Positions 38,319 through 49,608 of a stretch of DNA of 64,000 nucleotides are shown here, piece after piece; positions within the stretch are counted from its first letter, which is position 1, and every line of letters starts with the position of its first letter. The notes below the pieces were generated by a model. That model worked only from the letters and a program-made list of their open reading frames with translations. It had not been told where the DNA came from and searched no databases. Location of the stretch: the NCBI GenBank assembly GCA_026936335.1, contig JAPMXV010000006.1:186001-250000 (forward strand), in the 5' to 3' direction. Position numbers and translations under genes: made by a program. This stretch comes from Mantamonas sphyraenae STR306 (taxonomy: Eukaryota > Protista > CRuMs).

Positions 38319-39826
38319 ATGAAGGCCCTCATTCTGGTTGGAGGATTCGGAACCCGTCTGCGTCCGCTGACGCTGTCTGTGCCCAAGCCCCTTGTTGACT
38401 TTGCGAACAAGGGCATGGTCAGGCATCAAATCGAGGCTCTGGTCAAGGTAGGTGGTGTGTGTGTGGGATGAGTTGTACATGTGTGCACATGTGCGTGTGC
38501 CCTGCTTATGCTGGGCCTCGCACACCAGCTGCTTCTCTGCGTGGATGCCACACCACCTGTGTTCCGAGATCATGGACGACGCTGCTGACGCAACCGCACC
38601 GAAACCCCTGCAGGCCGGCGTCACCGAGGTTATTCTGGCAATCAACTACCAGCCAGACCTGATGAAGCAGTTTTTGGAGGGTCTCGAGGAGGAGCTGGGC
38701 GTGAAGATCACCTGCTCGCGCGAGACGGAGCCGCTGGGCACGGCTGGGCCGATCGCTCTGGTCAAGGAGGCGCTGAACGACGGCGATCCGTTCTTTGTGC
38801 TCAACAGTGACGTCACCTGCGAGTATCCGTTTGAGGATCTGCTCGAGTTCCACAACGCGCACGGCAAGGAGGTGAGTGTGCAGACGTGAAGCCAACGGAG
38901 GCGCGTGTGCGGGCGTTTGAGGGTGTAGCTTGCGGACTGTGCAATCTTTGGCCACCCTCTTTCGGCGCTGCCTGGACACAGGGCATTCACTGACACCGCG
39001 AGCACACTGCACGGGCACGTGGACACATACACACAGGGCACCATCATGGTCACCAAGGTGGAGGAGCCGTCCAAGTACGGCGTGGTCGTTTCGGACGAGG
39101 AGGGCAAAATCGAACGGTGAGGAAGCGCCCAAGAGGGAAGTCCGCCTGGAACGCCGCATCAGAACACAGCACTGACCCGTGAATCACGCCCCACGCGTGT
39201 ATACACACTTGCACAGGTTTGTGGAGAAGCCGCAGCAGTGGGTGGGCAACCGTATCAACGCAGGCATCTACATCTTTTCGCCGGGCATCCTGGACCGTAT
39301 CGAGGCCAAGCCGACGAGCATCGAGAAGGAAATCTTCCCGGTAATGGCTGAGCAAGGCGAACTGTACTGCATGGATCTGGTGGGCTTCTGGATGGATGTG
39401 GGCCAGCCACCCGACTACCTGACGGGGATGTGCCTGTACCTGAACTCACTGGAGCACAAGGACCCCGAGATGCTGACAGAGGGCGAGAACATTGTGGGCA
39501 ACGTGCTCATTGACCCCAGCGCGACCATTGGCAAGGACTGTCTGATTGGACCCAACGTGGTCATCGGCAAGGACTGCGTGATTGAGGACGGCACGCGTCT
39601 CACGCGCACCACGGTCATGTCTGGCTCCCGCGTGGGCAGCAACTCGTGGATCAGCAGCTCCATTGTGGGATGGAACTGCAACGTGGGCTCGTGGGTGCGC
39701 ATGGAGGGAGTGTCCGTCCTGGGCGAGGACGTCACCATCCGCGACGAGCTCTTTCTCAACGGTGGCCGCGTCCTGCCCCACAAGACAATCAAGGAGAGTG
39801 TGCCGGAACCCAAGGTGATCATGTGA
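38319..39826 (+). CDS. GMPPB: Mannose-1-phosphate guanylyltransferase (GDP-mannose pyrophosphorylase beta), 4 exons
   Basis: [55 protein letters not shown]...[15 protein letters not shown], hexapeptide C-terminus. Confidence 0.97.
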
Positions 39827-39871
39827 TCATATGAATGCAACTCTCCATTCCGCATCTCCTCACACATCTCC

Positions 39872-41939
39872 TCACAACGCAACATCCAGCACCGCCACTG
39901 TGCCGTTGGCGTAGCACGCCGCCAGCTGGCCCGCCTTGTTCGGGTTCCACGTCAAATCCAAAATGCCGCCGTCGCCCTTGTACGTTTTGACCAATGAGCC
40001 ATCCTTGACGGACCAGATGCGCAGCCTGTGGTCGAAGGACCCGCTGGCAATAAACTCGCCATCGGGTGAAAAGTCGATGGCGTACACGGGCTCCTGGTGC
40101 TTGCTCAACGTGTGTACAGATGCGCCCACCTCCAAGTCCCACAGCTTGACGGTGCAATCGAACGACGCCGTGGCCAGCAGCAGCGGTTTGTTGGCGTACT
40201 TCGTGGACGCTCCGGTTGCGCTCCACGCAACCGTGCTCACCTCTTTGGCGTGCTCCGTCAGGTCGTGCACACAGCGGTCGCTCGTCAGTGTCCAGATCTT
40301 GGCCGTGCTGTCGTCCGAGCACGACGCAAGGAATGTCCCTGCAGGGTCCCAGCGGATCCCGTTGACCTCGTCCTGTGTTGTTGGCCCACAATGTCCAGTG
40401 TGCGTTGTGTGTGTGTGTGTGTGTGTGTCAGTGACTGCATCGTAACGCCTGTGTGCCCAGTTTCCGTGGCTGTGCAAATCTCGTAATGCATCGTGTGTGC
40501 GTCTCCGCGTGCGCTTGGAACCTACCTTGTGCCCCTTGAATGTTTTCAGCGGTTGGTTTTCGCCCATTTTGCACACAAAGATATGTCTGTCGGTGGAGCA
40601 GGTGGCGAAGGAGGTGTTGTTACGCCAGTCTACATCCAGCGTCGGGTCTGCACATGCGTGTGTAAGTCGTGAGGATGCCAGGGGGCGTGTGGAAGAGCGT
40701 GACCCTCTCGCGCGCTTTTGACAACTCGCGCCCCTGCGCCTGTGTGGTTCACCCATGCGCCTCGTTGCACACCTACCTGTGTGGAAAGCAAATTGTTGCA
40801 CCGGCTGGCCGTTTTCCGCATTCCAGACAATGGCTGTTTTGTCCACACTGCCGCTCAGAAGATGCGTGCCTGCCTTGTTCCACTTCAGCGAGAAAATCGG
40901 CCCCACGTGGCCCACCAACAGGTGCTGCAGGTTGCCTGTGTGTCGCAGATGTGCGCGTACAACAGTGGCTCACAGGTGTCAGATGTATGCACGGCCATGG
41001 TCTCATTGGAAGGCGTGCAAGGAGCGGGGCAACTCACCGTGTGTGTCCCACACGCGGCCCTTGCCGTCGTACGAGCCCGTGGCCAGCTGTGTGCCCTTGC
41101 TCTGTTGTGTGTGTGCGTGTGTGTGTGCATGGGTTAGCCTTTCCACGTGTGTACAAGCTCGCTCCACCCCTCCCGCGCCCGTACATTCCAGTCCAGCGTG
41201 GTGACGTCTCGCGACTCGCCCTCCTCCAAGGCCTCTCCAGACGCATGCTTGAGCACCACCGACTCTTGAGAATCAACCTGCCAGATACGTGCTGTGGCAT
41301 CGCCCGATCTGTGCGTGTGCAGCGGTTGTGGAACAGACGAATGTCAGCTAAAGGTGCGTCGTCACGAAAAAAGGGCAGCGCGCAATTTTCCTGAGGCGCG
41401 CCCCTCCTGCTCCACACACACACAACTGACCCGGATACCAGCTGTGATGCCTGTTGCGGGTTCCATGCACATGTAAACACCTCTGAACCGTGGCCTCCCA
41501 GCAGAGTCACCGACTCCTCGGGGATCTCCGTCTCGTCCTCTTCTGCCAGTTCTGTGTGGGGTGTATGTGATGGAGGGTGTGAGTTGCCAGTGCACGGGAT
41601 GGTGAAATTGGACACGTGTGCACACCAAGGCGGCAACTGACCCATGTCGTCGCGCCTCTGCTTCCCCTTGTTGTCGGCACAGACGTGCGGGCGAATGAGG
41701 CTGAAATCCTCATCGCAGGCGCTCTCTGTGCCGTCCTCGGTCAAGTGTGTCTCGATTTCCAGGTACTGCAACCCCTTTTGCACAAAGGAGATCAGTGCCC
41801 CGGGCGGCACCTGGCTGCCGTCGATGTTTGACCGGGCAATCAGGCTTTCGTACCCCATGGTGAACGCAGTGTGGTGGAAGCCGGACTCCTGTAGGTACCG
41901 GTACACCAGAAAGTTGATTTCGTCCGACTGGATGCTCAT
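39872..41939 (-). CDS. TBL1XR1: LisH + WD40 corepressor subunit TBL1/Ebi/Sif2, multi-exon
   Basis: MSIQSDEINFLVYRYLQESGFHHTAF...VPPGALISFVQKGLQYLEIE; GH.SEVFTCAWNP; SGDATARIW; DVTTLDWN; GPIFSLKWN; LASCSDDSTAKIW; LATASFDCTVKLWD. Confidence 0.95.
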
Positions 41940-42031
41940 GGGGGGGAAAGGGGTCTGGTGGGGGGGGGGGCGTGAGTGCGTTGTTCGGGCTGGCGCGCGG
42001 CACCGCCGGCCCCACCCAACACAACCTGGAC

Positions 42032-45000
42032 ATGTTGCCCATCCAGCCCGTCGCAGACGTGGTCAAGAAGGGCAAAACACGCGTGGAGCAGACCGACGAA
42101 GGGCTTGGCTCGGAGCACGCAGACATGGACGGCGACGACACAGCACATGGCGGGAGCAGCACCCTGCACAAAGACACGACACGACAAGACGCTCTGCCAA
42201 AGCACAACGTCCATTACATCACCGCCGACTTTCTTGCACGCGTCACCAAGCATCAGGACGCCAAACAGGTAGCCACGCTGGACTTTGCATCCATGCGTTT
42301 GCAGGTAGGTTGGCTCGAGCGCATCGCTGTCTGACGGCCACTGGGCAAACCCGCTCACACACACGCGACGCATGGGCATTCCACACACCGTCCACCCCAG
42401 AAATTGGAGAATCTGGACCCGTTTGTCAATGTGACGTCGCTGGATATCCGTCAGAACAATATCAGCAAACTGGAGGGCCTGGAGACACTCGTGCAGCTGC
42501 GCAAGCTGGATGCGAGTTTCAATCGACTTGAACGCCTGGAAGGCTTGGGGAGTCTTGCCATGCTTGAGGAGCTGAACGTGAATCACAACCGCATCGAACG
42601 GATCTCGGCAAGCAGTCTCAAATCCCTGGGGAGGCTCAGTGTGCTGCGCATGAGCCACAACCGGCTGAACAAGGTAGGTGGCGCGAGTTTTTGGCGCCAA
42701 GCCGACGCGAAAGGCTGCAGCGGCCACGAACGGTAACGCACGAGGTGCACAGATGTACACATGGCAGCATTGTAGCATGTGCTGTTGCTGAACATGCGGT
42801 GCTGAACTGACTGCATGCAGGGGATGGAGGACACAAGGGAGAAGGGAGTCTGTGTGAGGCTGACACGGATTCGGGCACTCGCACACACCACACGCACAGC
42901 TGCACGACGTGGTCGGGCTCAGGCAACATGAGCAGCTGTACAACCTGAGTTTGGAGGAGAATCCTGTGTGTAGGGTGCCGCATTGGCGAGCATACGTGGT
43001 GTTCAACCTGCGCACATTGGCCATCCTCGACGGGGAGTCGGTGGGCATGGAGGAGCGCAGCGAAGCGGACGAGCGCTTCGCACAGGATGAGCTGGAGGCT
43101 TGGGTGCAACGAGGCCTGGCGTGGGATGCGGAGCGTCAGCAGTTGCAGGAGGAACTGCGAGCACACAAGGAACGCGTGGCCGAGCTGGAGACGCGCGAGG
43201 TGTCGCACGCACAAGAGAAGAAGGAGCTTGTGCAGGCCAATCACATGTGGCAAGCCAAGCTCAGTGCTGTGGAAGAGCTTCTGCAGGCCAACCGGCACGA
43301 GATGGCCCTTGTCACGGAGCAGCTGTACGAGAGTAGGCAGGAGCTCAGTTTCTACAAGATCGACCGGTCGTTCAAACACCAGGTGCACACACCTCCTACA
43401 CGAGGGCGCAAGGACAACGTGAGCAAGGCCATGACCACAGATACGCAGGCAGACAAGCATTCGGTGCCAGTTGGCACCAAGGCCATGGACGAGGAGGAGG
43501 ACACACACGCAGCCACGGTTTCGGACGAGTATCAGGCCGCTCTCGAGGCCGAGCGTGCGTTTCTGAGCTCCGACAGTGTGATGCTGCCCGTGGTACGTGG
43601 AACGACAGCCACGTCGCCCGAATCTTCTCCGCAGACGAACAAGAACACACGGCGCCACCATGCAGCCAAGGTGCTGTCTCCCGTCCGCACACCGAAGCGC
43701 AACCTTTTGTCTGAAGAAGACGGCGAGGACCCGCACAAGCACCTGTACTCGCCAGACTTTGCGCCGCAATTCTGGAAGCAACGGCAGCAGGCTTTGCAAG
43801 AGGAGAAGGATGCACTGGAGAACGAGGTGACGAAACTGCGTGAGCAACTCGATGTGCACGAAGAGGAGGCAAAGAAGCGACGACATGCCGCAGAGCAGGC
43901 GGCAGGAGAACGCAAGACACTGCAAGCGGAACTGGGGCTGGTGTCACAACAACGGCAGGCAGAGGTGTCGCAGCTGAAAGATGCGCTGTCCAAGGCACAT
44001 GAAGCCCAGCAAGACATGTCGCAAGAAAATGCGCGCCTGGCGCGTAAGCTGGAGCAGGCCGAGCTGCGGCTGACGGCGGCAGAGCGAAGGATGGACACAA
44101 GCGAGAGCCGATGGAAGGAGGCAGAGCACAAAGCCAACGATCTGCGCACAAAATTGCAGGAGCTGAAGCGACAGCTGGAAGGTCAGGCGCTGGAAGACGC
44201 AGAGAAGAAAGAGACATCTGAATCTGACGCAACCGAACGGTGCGAGCAACTTGAAAGTCAGGTGAGGACGCTGGAAGCACGCATGGCGGCAGAGGTGAAG
44301 CGGGCGCAAGAGGCTGAACAGGCAACAAAGGAGTGGAAGGAGCAAGCAGAAGTGCTGGGGAGGCGGATGGCGCTGGAAGGCGCAGAATTGCAGCGTCAAG
44401 CTGCACGATGGCAAAACGAAGGGACACAGAGCCAGTCGCTGCAGCGGGAGGTGGACGAGCTGATGGGCCGTGTGGAGGAGAGTGAGGCAAGAGCAATGCG
44501 AGCAAAGGAGGCGCAGCTGGAGTGGCAGAACGCGTGCGAGGCCAACGAACTTGCGCTGGAAAGCGCACGAGCACGTGCTGCACGCAGCGAAATGGAATTG
44601 GAGGTGGCGCAGAGTGTAATTGAAAGCACACGGGAACAGATGCTGGCGCTGGAGCGGGACATGGTGCGCGCTGAATGCGAGCGTGAGCAGATGAGCAAGC
44701 AGGTGGAGGCGATGGAGGCACAGTGGCACCAGTGGACATCGACGACGGAAAGGAACACGGCAGAGGCGGCTCAACTGGTGGAGGCCCAGATGTTTGCTGC
44801 GCTTGAGCGGGAGCAAACGAGCATACAAACGCAGATGGTGAACGACCTCAGCGTTCACCTTCTGCAGCAACAGCTACAATGGGCGTTTGAACGCTGCGAT
44901 GTCGCTGTACAGCAAGCACAGGCGTATGCTGACGAGAATGCACAACTGCTGGAGCACGTGGATGCTCTGGTGGAACGGGAACACGCTGCCCGAGCACGCG

Positions 45001-48000
45001 CGTTGCAATTGGAACAGCAAGTCATGCGGGCGCTGATGGCGCAGACGCAACAGAAAGATTCTGAGATGTCAAACTCCATCACAGGCCGTGCAAGCCGAGA
45101 GGAGGAAGGCAACGCACAGTTGCTTGTGCTGGAAGCAAGACTGCGTGAGTACCGCCAGATCGGGACAGAGCTGCAGCAGCAAGTGGATATGTACAAAGAT
45201 CAGGTGGAAGAGGAGAAACGTGCGGGCTACACTCTTCAAGCAGAGGTGGAAGAATTGAGGAGGCAGCTGGAGCGCAGACGGGCACATGAGGATACTGCAG
45301 CTGACGCGCATGAACGAGACATGGGAGAACGCGAAGCGTGGCGACACAAGCGACTGGAGTATGAACAAGAGGTTACGCAGCTGCGTCGACAGATGCTTGA
45401 GGAGCGTGGACGTGCGGAACGGCTTCGGGAACTGCTGGAGGAGCAGCAAGAGACCCGGGAAGGAACAACGAACGCCAAGATTCATGCACGCGGGTCGACA
45501 CAATCGAGGCTATTAGAGATGCAGATGGAGCGGCTGGGAGCACAGATCCATCAGATGCAGATGCAAGAACAGCCAGAGGGCGTAACGGACGCCGAAAGCG
45601 CAGAAGCAGTTGAGCAGGCGCGGAAGCGGCAAGCCAAGGCCGAAGAAGAACTATCGCAGGCAACAGCCAAACTGCAAGAATGCGAGGAACAGCTGGCCGA
45701 GGCACGGCTGGCCAGGCGCAAGAGCGAAAACGAGAAGAGGCACGCGCAGATGCGGCTGCAAATGCAGGCAGTGCAGGTGGAGATGCGAGACGAGCAGCTT
45801 GCCACAAGCAAGGAAGAGGCAGCGCAAGCTGCACAGGAGGCACGCATGGCAGAAGACCAAGCACGTGTGCTAAGGGAACAAGTGGCGATGCTGGAAGTGG
45901 AACTGAGCAAAGCACAGGCTGATGCGAAGCGGCTTGCAGAGGAGGTAGAGAGCGGCAAAGAGGCAGGCAAGGCAGAAAATGGCCAAGAGGTGGAGCGCAG
46001 GAGAGCACTGCGAGCAAAGCTGGAAGCATCGGAGGAGGAACGGATGCAGTGGAAGCAGACGGCGCTGGAACGAGAGATGGAGGTGACGCGCATGAGGAAG
46101 GAGGTGGAGATCAGAGAAGAGGAACAAGGTAGACTCCAGGAGAAGGTGCAGGAACTTCGAGCAGAGGTGGAGCAAGAGCAGGAGGAGAAACTGGAGGCTG
46201 AACAAAGGGCGTGGGTTGTGCAGCGTCAACTGGACGACATGGGAGCGGACTACAAACAGCTTCGCGGGAGACTGGAGCTTGTGGAGGCGGAGCACGAGGC
46301 GTATGTGCTGTTTGCTGAGCAAGCACATCGCGAAGTGGCAAACGCAGTTGAGCGTGAGTCTCGCGAGGTGCGCAGGCGATTGGAGGAGATGGAGTGGGCG
46401 GAGGCAAAGGGAAGACGGGAAGTGGAGGCGATCCAGACACATCTGCAGGAGCTAAACAAGGAGATGATGACATATGAGGCGCGGTACGAAGACGCACGTG
46501 CGCAGCTGGAGGCGTACGAGCAGAGGCTGGCCGAGCGCGAGGCTAGCCGGCAGTTGCAGGTGGACGGGGAGGACGAGGAGATGAGCGAAGAGGATGTGGA
46601 TGAGCAAGAGGAGGATCACGTGTCCGGATTGCTGCAGATGTTGGGCATCCGTGAGCGACCAGACGTCGTCGCCCTGGACAACGAGCTTGAGCGCATGCAG
46701 CAGGAATTGCGTGTGTTTCACAAGCGCTTTGAGGAGGTGAAGGCAGAGAAGCAGACGCTGGTGGGTCGTCTAGCAGCGGTGGAGGAGGAGAATGGGAAGC
46801 TCCGGGATCAGCTTGCACAAAGCAGCAAGAACGGCGGCTTGCAGGCGTCAGAGATGCTCGAGACGATTCGCAGTTTGCAGGAACAGAGTGTAAAGGGGAT
46901 GCAGGCGCTGATTGCAGAGCGAGAGTCGCTTGTGGCTCAAAACGCAGCGTTGCGGGCGACCGTCGAAGAGCAGGAGCGCACGGTGGAGGAATTGCACGAG
47001 AGCATGCTCGAGATGAGCAGGGTGGAGGAGGACATGGTGGAGGAAGAAGATGAAGAGGAGGAAGAGGAGCATGGTGCAAGTGATGCGATGCGCGCAGAGC
47101 TGCTGGCGGCTGTGGAGAGCGCGATGAGCGACGAAGAAAGCAGGTTGCTGGAGAGCAGCGGCGAGCTGGAGCGTGTGTCCATGGAGCTGATGGTGGTGGA
47201 AGAGGACCTGGCACAAGCAAAGGCACGCCGAGACAAGGTTTGGCAGGAGGCAGAGTCGGCGAGTGAAGGGTTGGAGTCGCTGGAGCGGCTGCGAAGTTCG
47301 CTGGAGCGGGAAACGGCAAGCACGAGGCGGGCCGTGGAGGCGGCGGCTGTGCAATTGGATCTGTTGAACGCAGAGGTGGGCAAGCGCAAGAGTGAGCTGG
47401 CCCGGCTGGAGCAGCGTGCGCAGTTTATGCAGGAGGAAGCGGAAGAGCTGCAAGAGACGGTGGAGCATCGCCAGCGACTCGTGCGTGCGCTGGAGCAGCG
47501 CAGACAGACAGCAGCCAGTGGACTGGACAGCAATGCGGAGGAAATGGGCAGGGAAAAGGTGGCGCTGCAAAGTCAACTGGAGGCGTTGCGCACGGAGATT
47601 GGGAACGCAGAAGCACGCGCAGAGGCGATGTCGCGTGAGGTGGAGAGACTTGAGGAGGAGGAAGGAGAGGTGTCTGGCCGTGTGCAAGCAGAGAGGAAGC
47701 AAGCACTGGCTGTGGTGAAGGAGATCCAGCAGCTGGAGGGGGAAAGGGATGTGCTGCAACAAGAGCTTGCGACGCTGCGGGAAGAAACGAGTGCAGAGGT
47801 CGGTGCAGAGATGGATGGACTTCGAATGCGGCGCACACAGCTGGAGGAAAGCATGGGTTCGCTGGAGGAGAGTGTGGAGAGCATGAACGTGAACAAGGAG
47901 ACACTGGAGCAAGAGCTGCAAGAGATGGTGCAGGAGAAGAAGGCGCTGGAAGCAGATATCAGCAAGGCAAGGGAGCTTTCTCTTCACAAGGAGAACTTGG

Positions 48001-49526
48001 AGGCAGAGGTGCGGGAGCTGGAGCGAAAGGGAGATGAGATGGAGGAGAAGCTGCAGAGGTTGAGAACGGAGGAGGAGGCGCTGGAAGCAAAGATCATCGA
48101 GGCAAGGGAGCTTGCTCTTCGTAAGGAAAACTTGGAGGCAGAAGTGCGAGAGCTGGAGGGGAAGGAAGTAGAGATGGGGGAGAAGCTGCAGAGGTTGAGA
48201 ACGGAGGAGGAGGCACTGGCAGAGAACCTGACGGGACTGGAGCAACGCGTGGCCGGGATGAGGCAACGCCAGATGTCGCTGACGGCGTCTAATCAACAAT
48301 TGGAGAGACGTAAGGGCGGCCTGGAGGAGGATGTGGCCTTGTTGCAGCAACGCAAGAGCCGTGTGAGCGCAGAAATCGGCGAGCTGGCGCAGAGGACAAG
48401 CGAGAGCACAGCCAAGAGCGAGCGCACACAGAACCATGCACAGGCGCTGGCATCTCGCACTCGGCAGCTGGAGGCAGAATGTGCAGAGTGGAGCGAACTT
48501 GTGCAAGGGCTGATGGCCACGCACGCGCAGCTGGAGCAAAGCAGCCAGGTGCAACGGCGGGCCGCAGAGGCAACAGTGCGCAAACTGGACCTGCTGAACG
48601 CAGAGGTGAGCAAGCGCAAGAGTGAGCTGGCCCGGCTGGAGCAGCGTGCGCAGTTTAAGCAGGAGGAAGCGGAAGAGCTGCAAGAGACGGTGGAGCATCG
48701 CCAGCGACTCGTGCGTGCGCTGGAGCAGCGCAGGCAGACAGCAGCCAGTGGACTGGACAGCAATGCGGAGGAAATGGGCAGGGAAAAGGTGGCGCTGCAA
48801 AGTCAACTGGAGGCGTTGCGCACGGAGATTGGGAACGCAGAAGCACGCGCAGAGGCGATGTCGCGTGAGGTGGAGAGACTTGAGGAGGAGGAAGGAGAGG
48901 TGTCTGGCCGTGTGCAAGCAGAGAGGAAGCAAGCACTGGCTGTGGTGAAGAAGATCCAGCAGCTGGAACAGGAGCGTGACACGATGCGGCGTGAAGCACA
49001 ACAGCAGCGTCGAGAAGCTGAAATCAGGCTGAGCGAGGTACGAAATCACAAGGAGCAGCTGGATGCTGAGATCGCGAGCGGGAGGAAACAGCTGCGTAGT
49101 CTGCAGCAGCAGTTGGAGACGGCGACAAACGAAAAGGCGCGCGCGGATGAGGCCCAAGCGAAGGAGCAGGCACGTGCGCACCAACACACCAACCGCATGG
49201 TGCGACAGCTGCGTACCAAGCTGGCTGCTGTGGAACAAGAACGCGACCTGAATGCAGAGAAGTTGGCGCTTGCGCTGAAGCGGTTGAAGCACGTTCGGGA
49301 CGAGCTGCCGCTGGGCGACGGTGCAGGGCAGGAGAATGTGCATCAACATGCCAATCTGGAGAAGCAGCAGCGTCAGCACGAGAGCGTGGTGCTCCACCTT
49401 GAACAGCAGGTGGACGAGTTTCGAAGCAAAGCATTGATGCTCGAGGTGCTGAACAAGTTGAAGACTGAGCAGATTGCAGAGCTGGAAGACAAGCTTGCTC
49501 TGTTTGGAGAGGTGTCGCGTGTCTGA
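42032..49526 (+). CDS. CNTRL: Centriolin/CEP110-like: N-terminal LRRs + LRRcap, very long coiled coil
   Basis: SDS22-type LRR exons (42032-42305, ~42401-42672), LRRcap WRAYVVFNLRTLAILDGESV, and the centriolin-like motif QLYESRQELSFYKIDRSF followed by ~2000 aa of coiled coil. Start codon uncertain. Confidence 0.75.
47356..48967 (+). repeat. Intragenic direct repeat, ~380 bp, copies ~47356-47737 and ~48586-48967 (offset 1230 nt)
   Basis: Near-identical DNA; ORF-track entries 47392 and 48622 are almost the same 108-aa translation. Confidence 0.95.
47941..48210 (+). repeat. Two tandem 135-nt (45-aa) coding repeats
   Basis: ALEADISKARELSLHKENLEAEVRELERKGDEMEEKLQRLRTEEE / ALEAKIIEARELALRKENLEAEVRELEGKEVEMGEKLQRLRTEEE. 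Confidence 0.9.
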
Positions 49527-49608
49527 GTGTGGACAGTGTGTGGGTGTGGGAATGCGGGAGCTCTGCCGCCGCCAATCAAAACAAAAACAACGCGCTTTCC
49601 CATCCACC

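Noticed and set aside
40405-40428. (GT)n/(CA)n microsatellites and coding trinucleotide runs (poly-Ser, Gly, Gln, Thr, Glu; e.g. 6512-6541, 14588-14618, 33161-33199) as CRISPR-like or mobile-element repeats
   Set aside because: Simple slippage repeats with no spacers, terminal repeats, target-site duplications or transposase.
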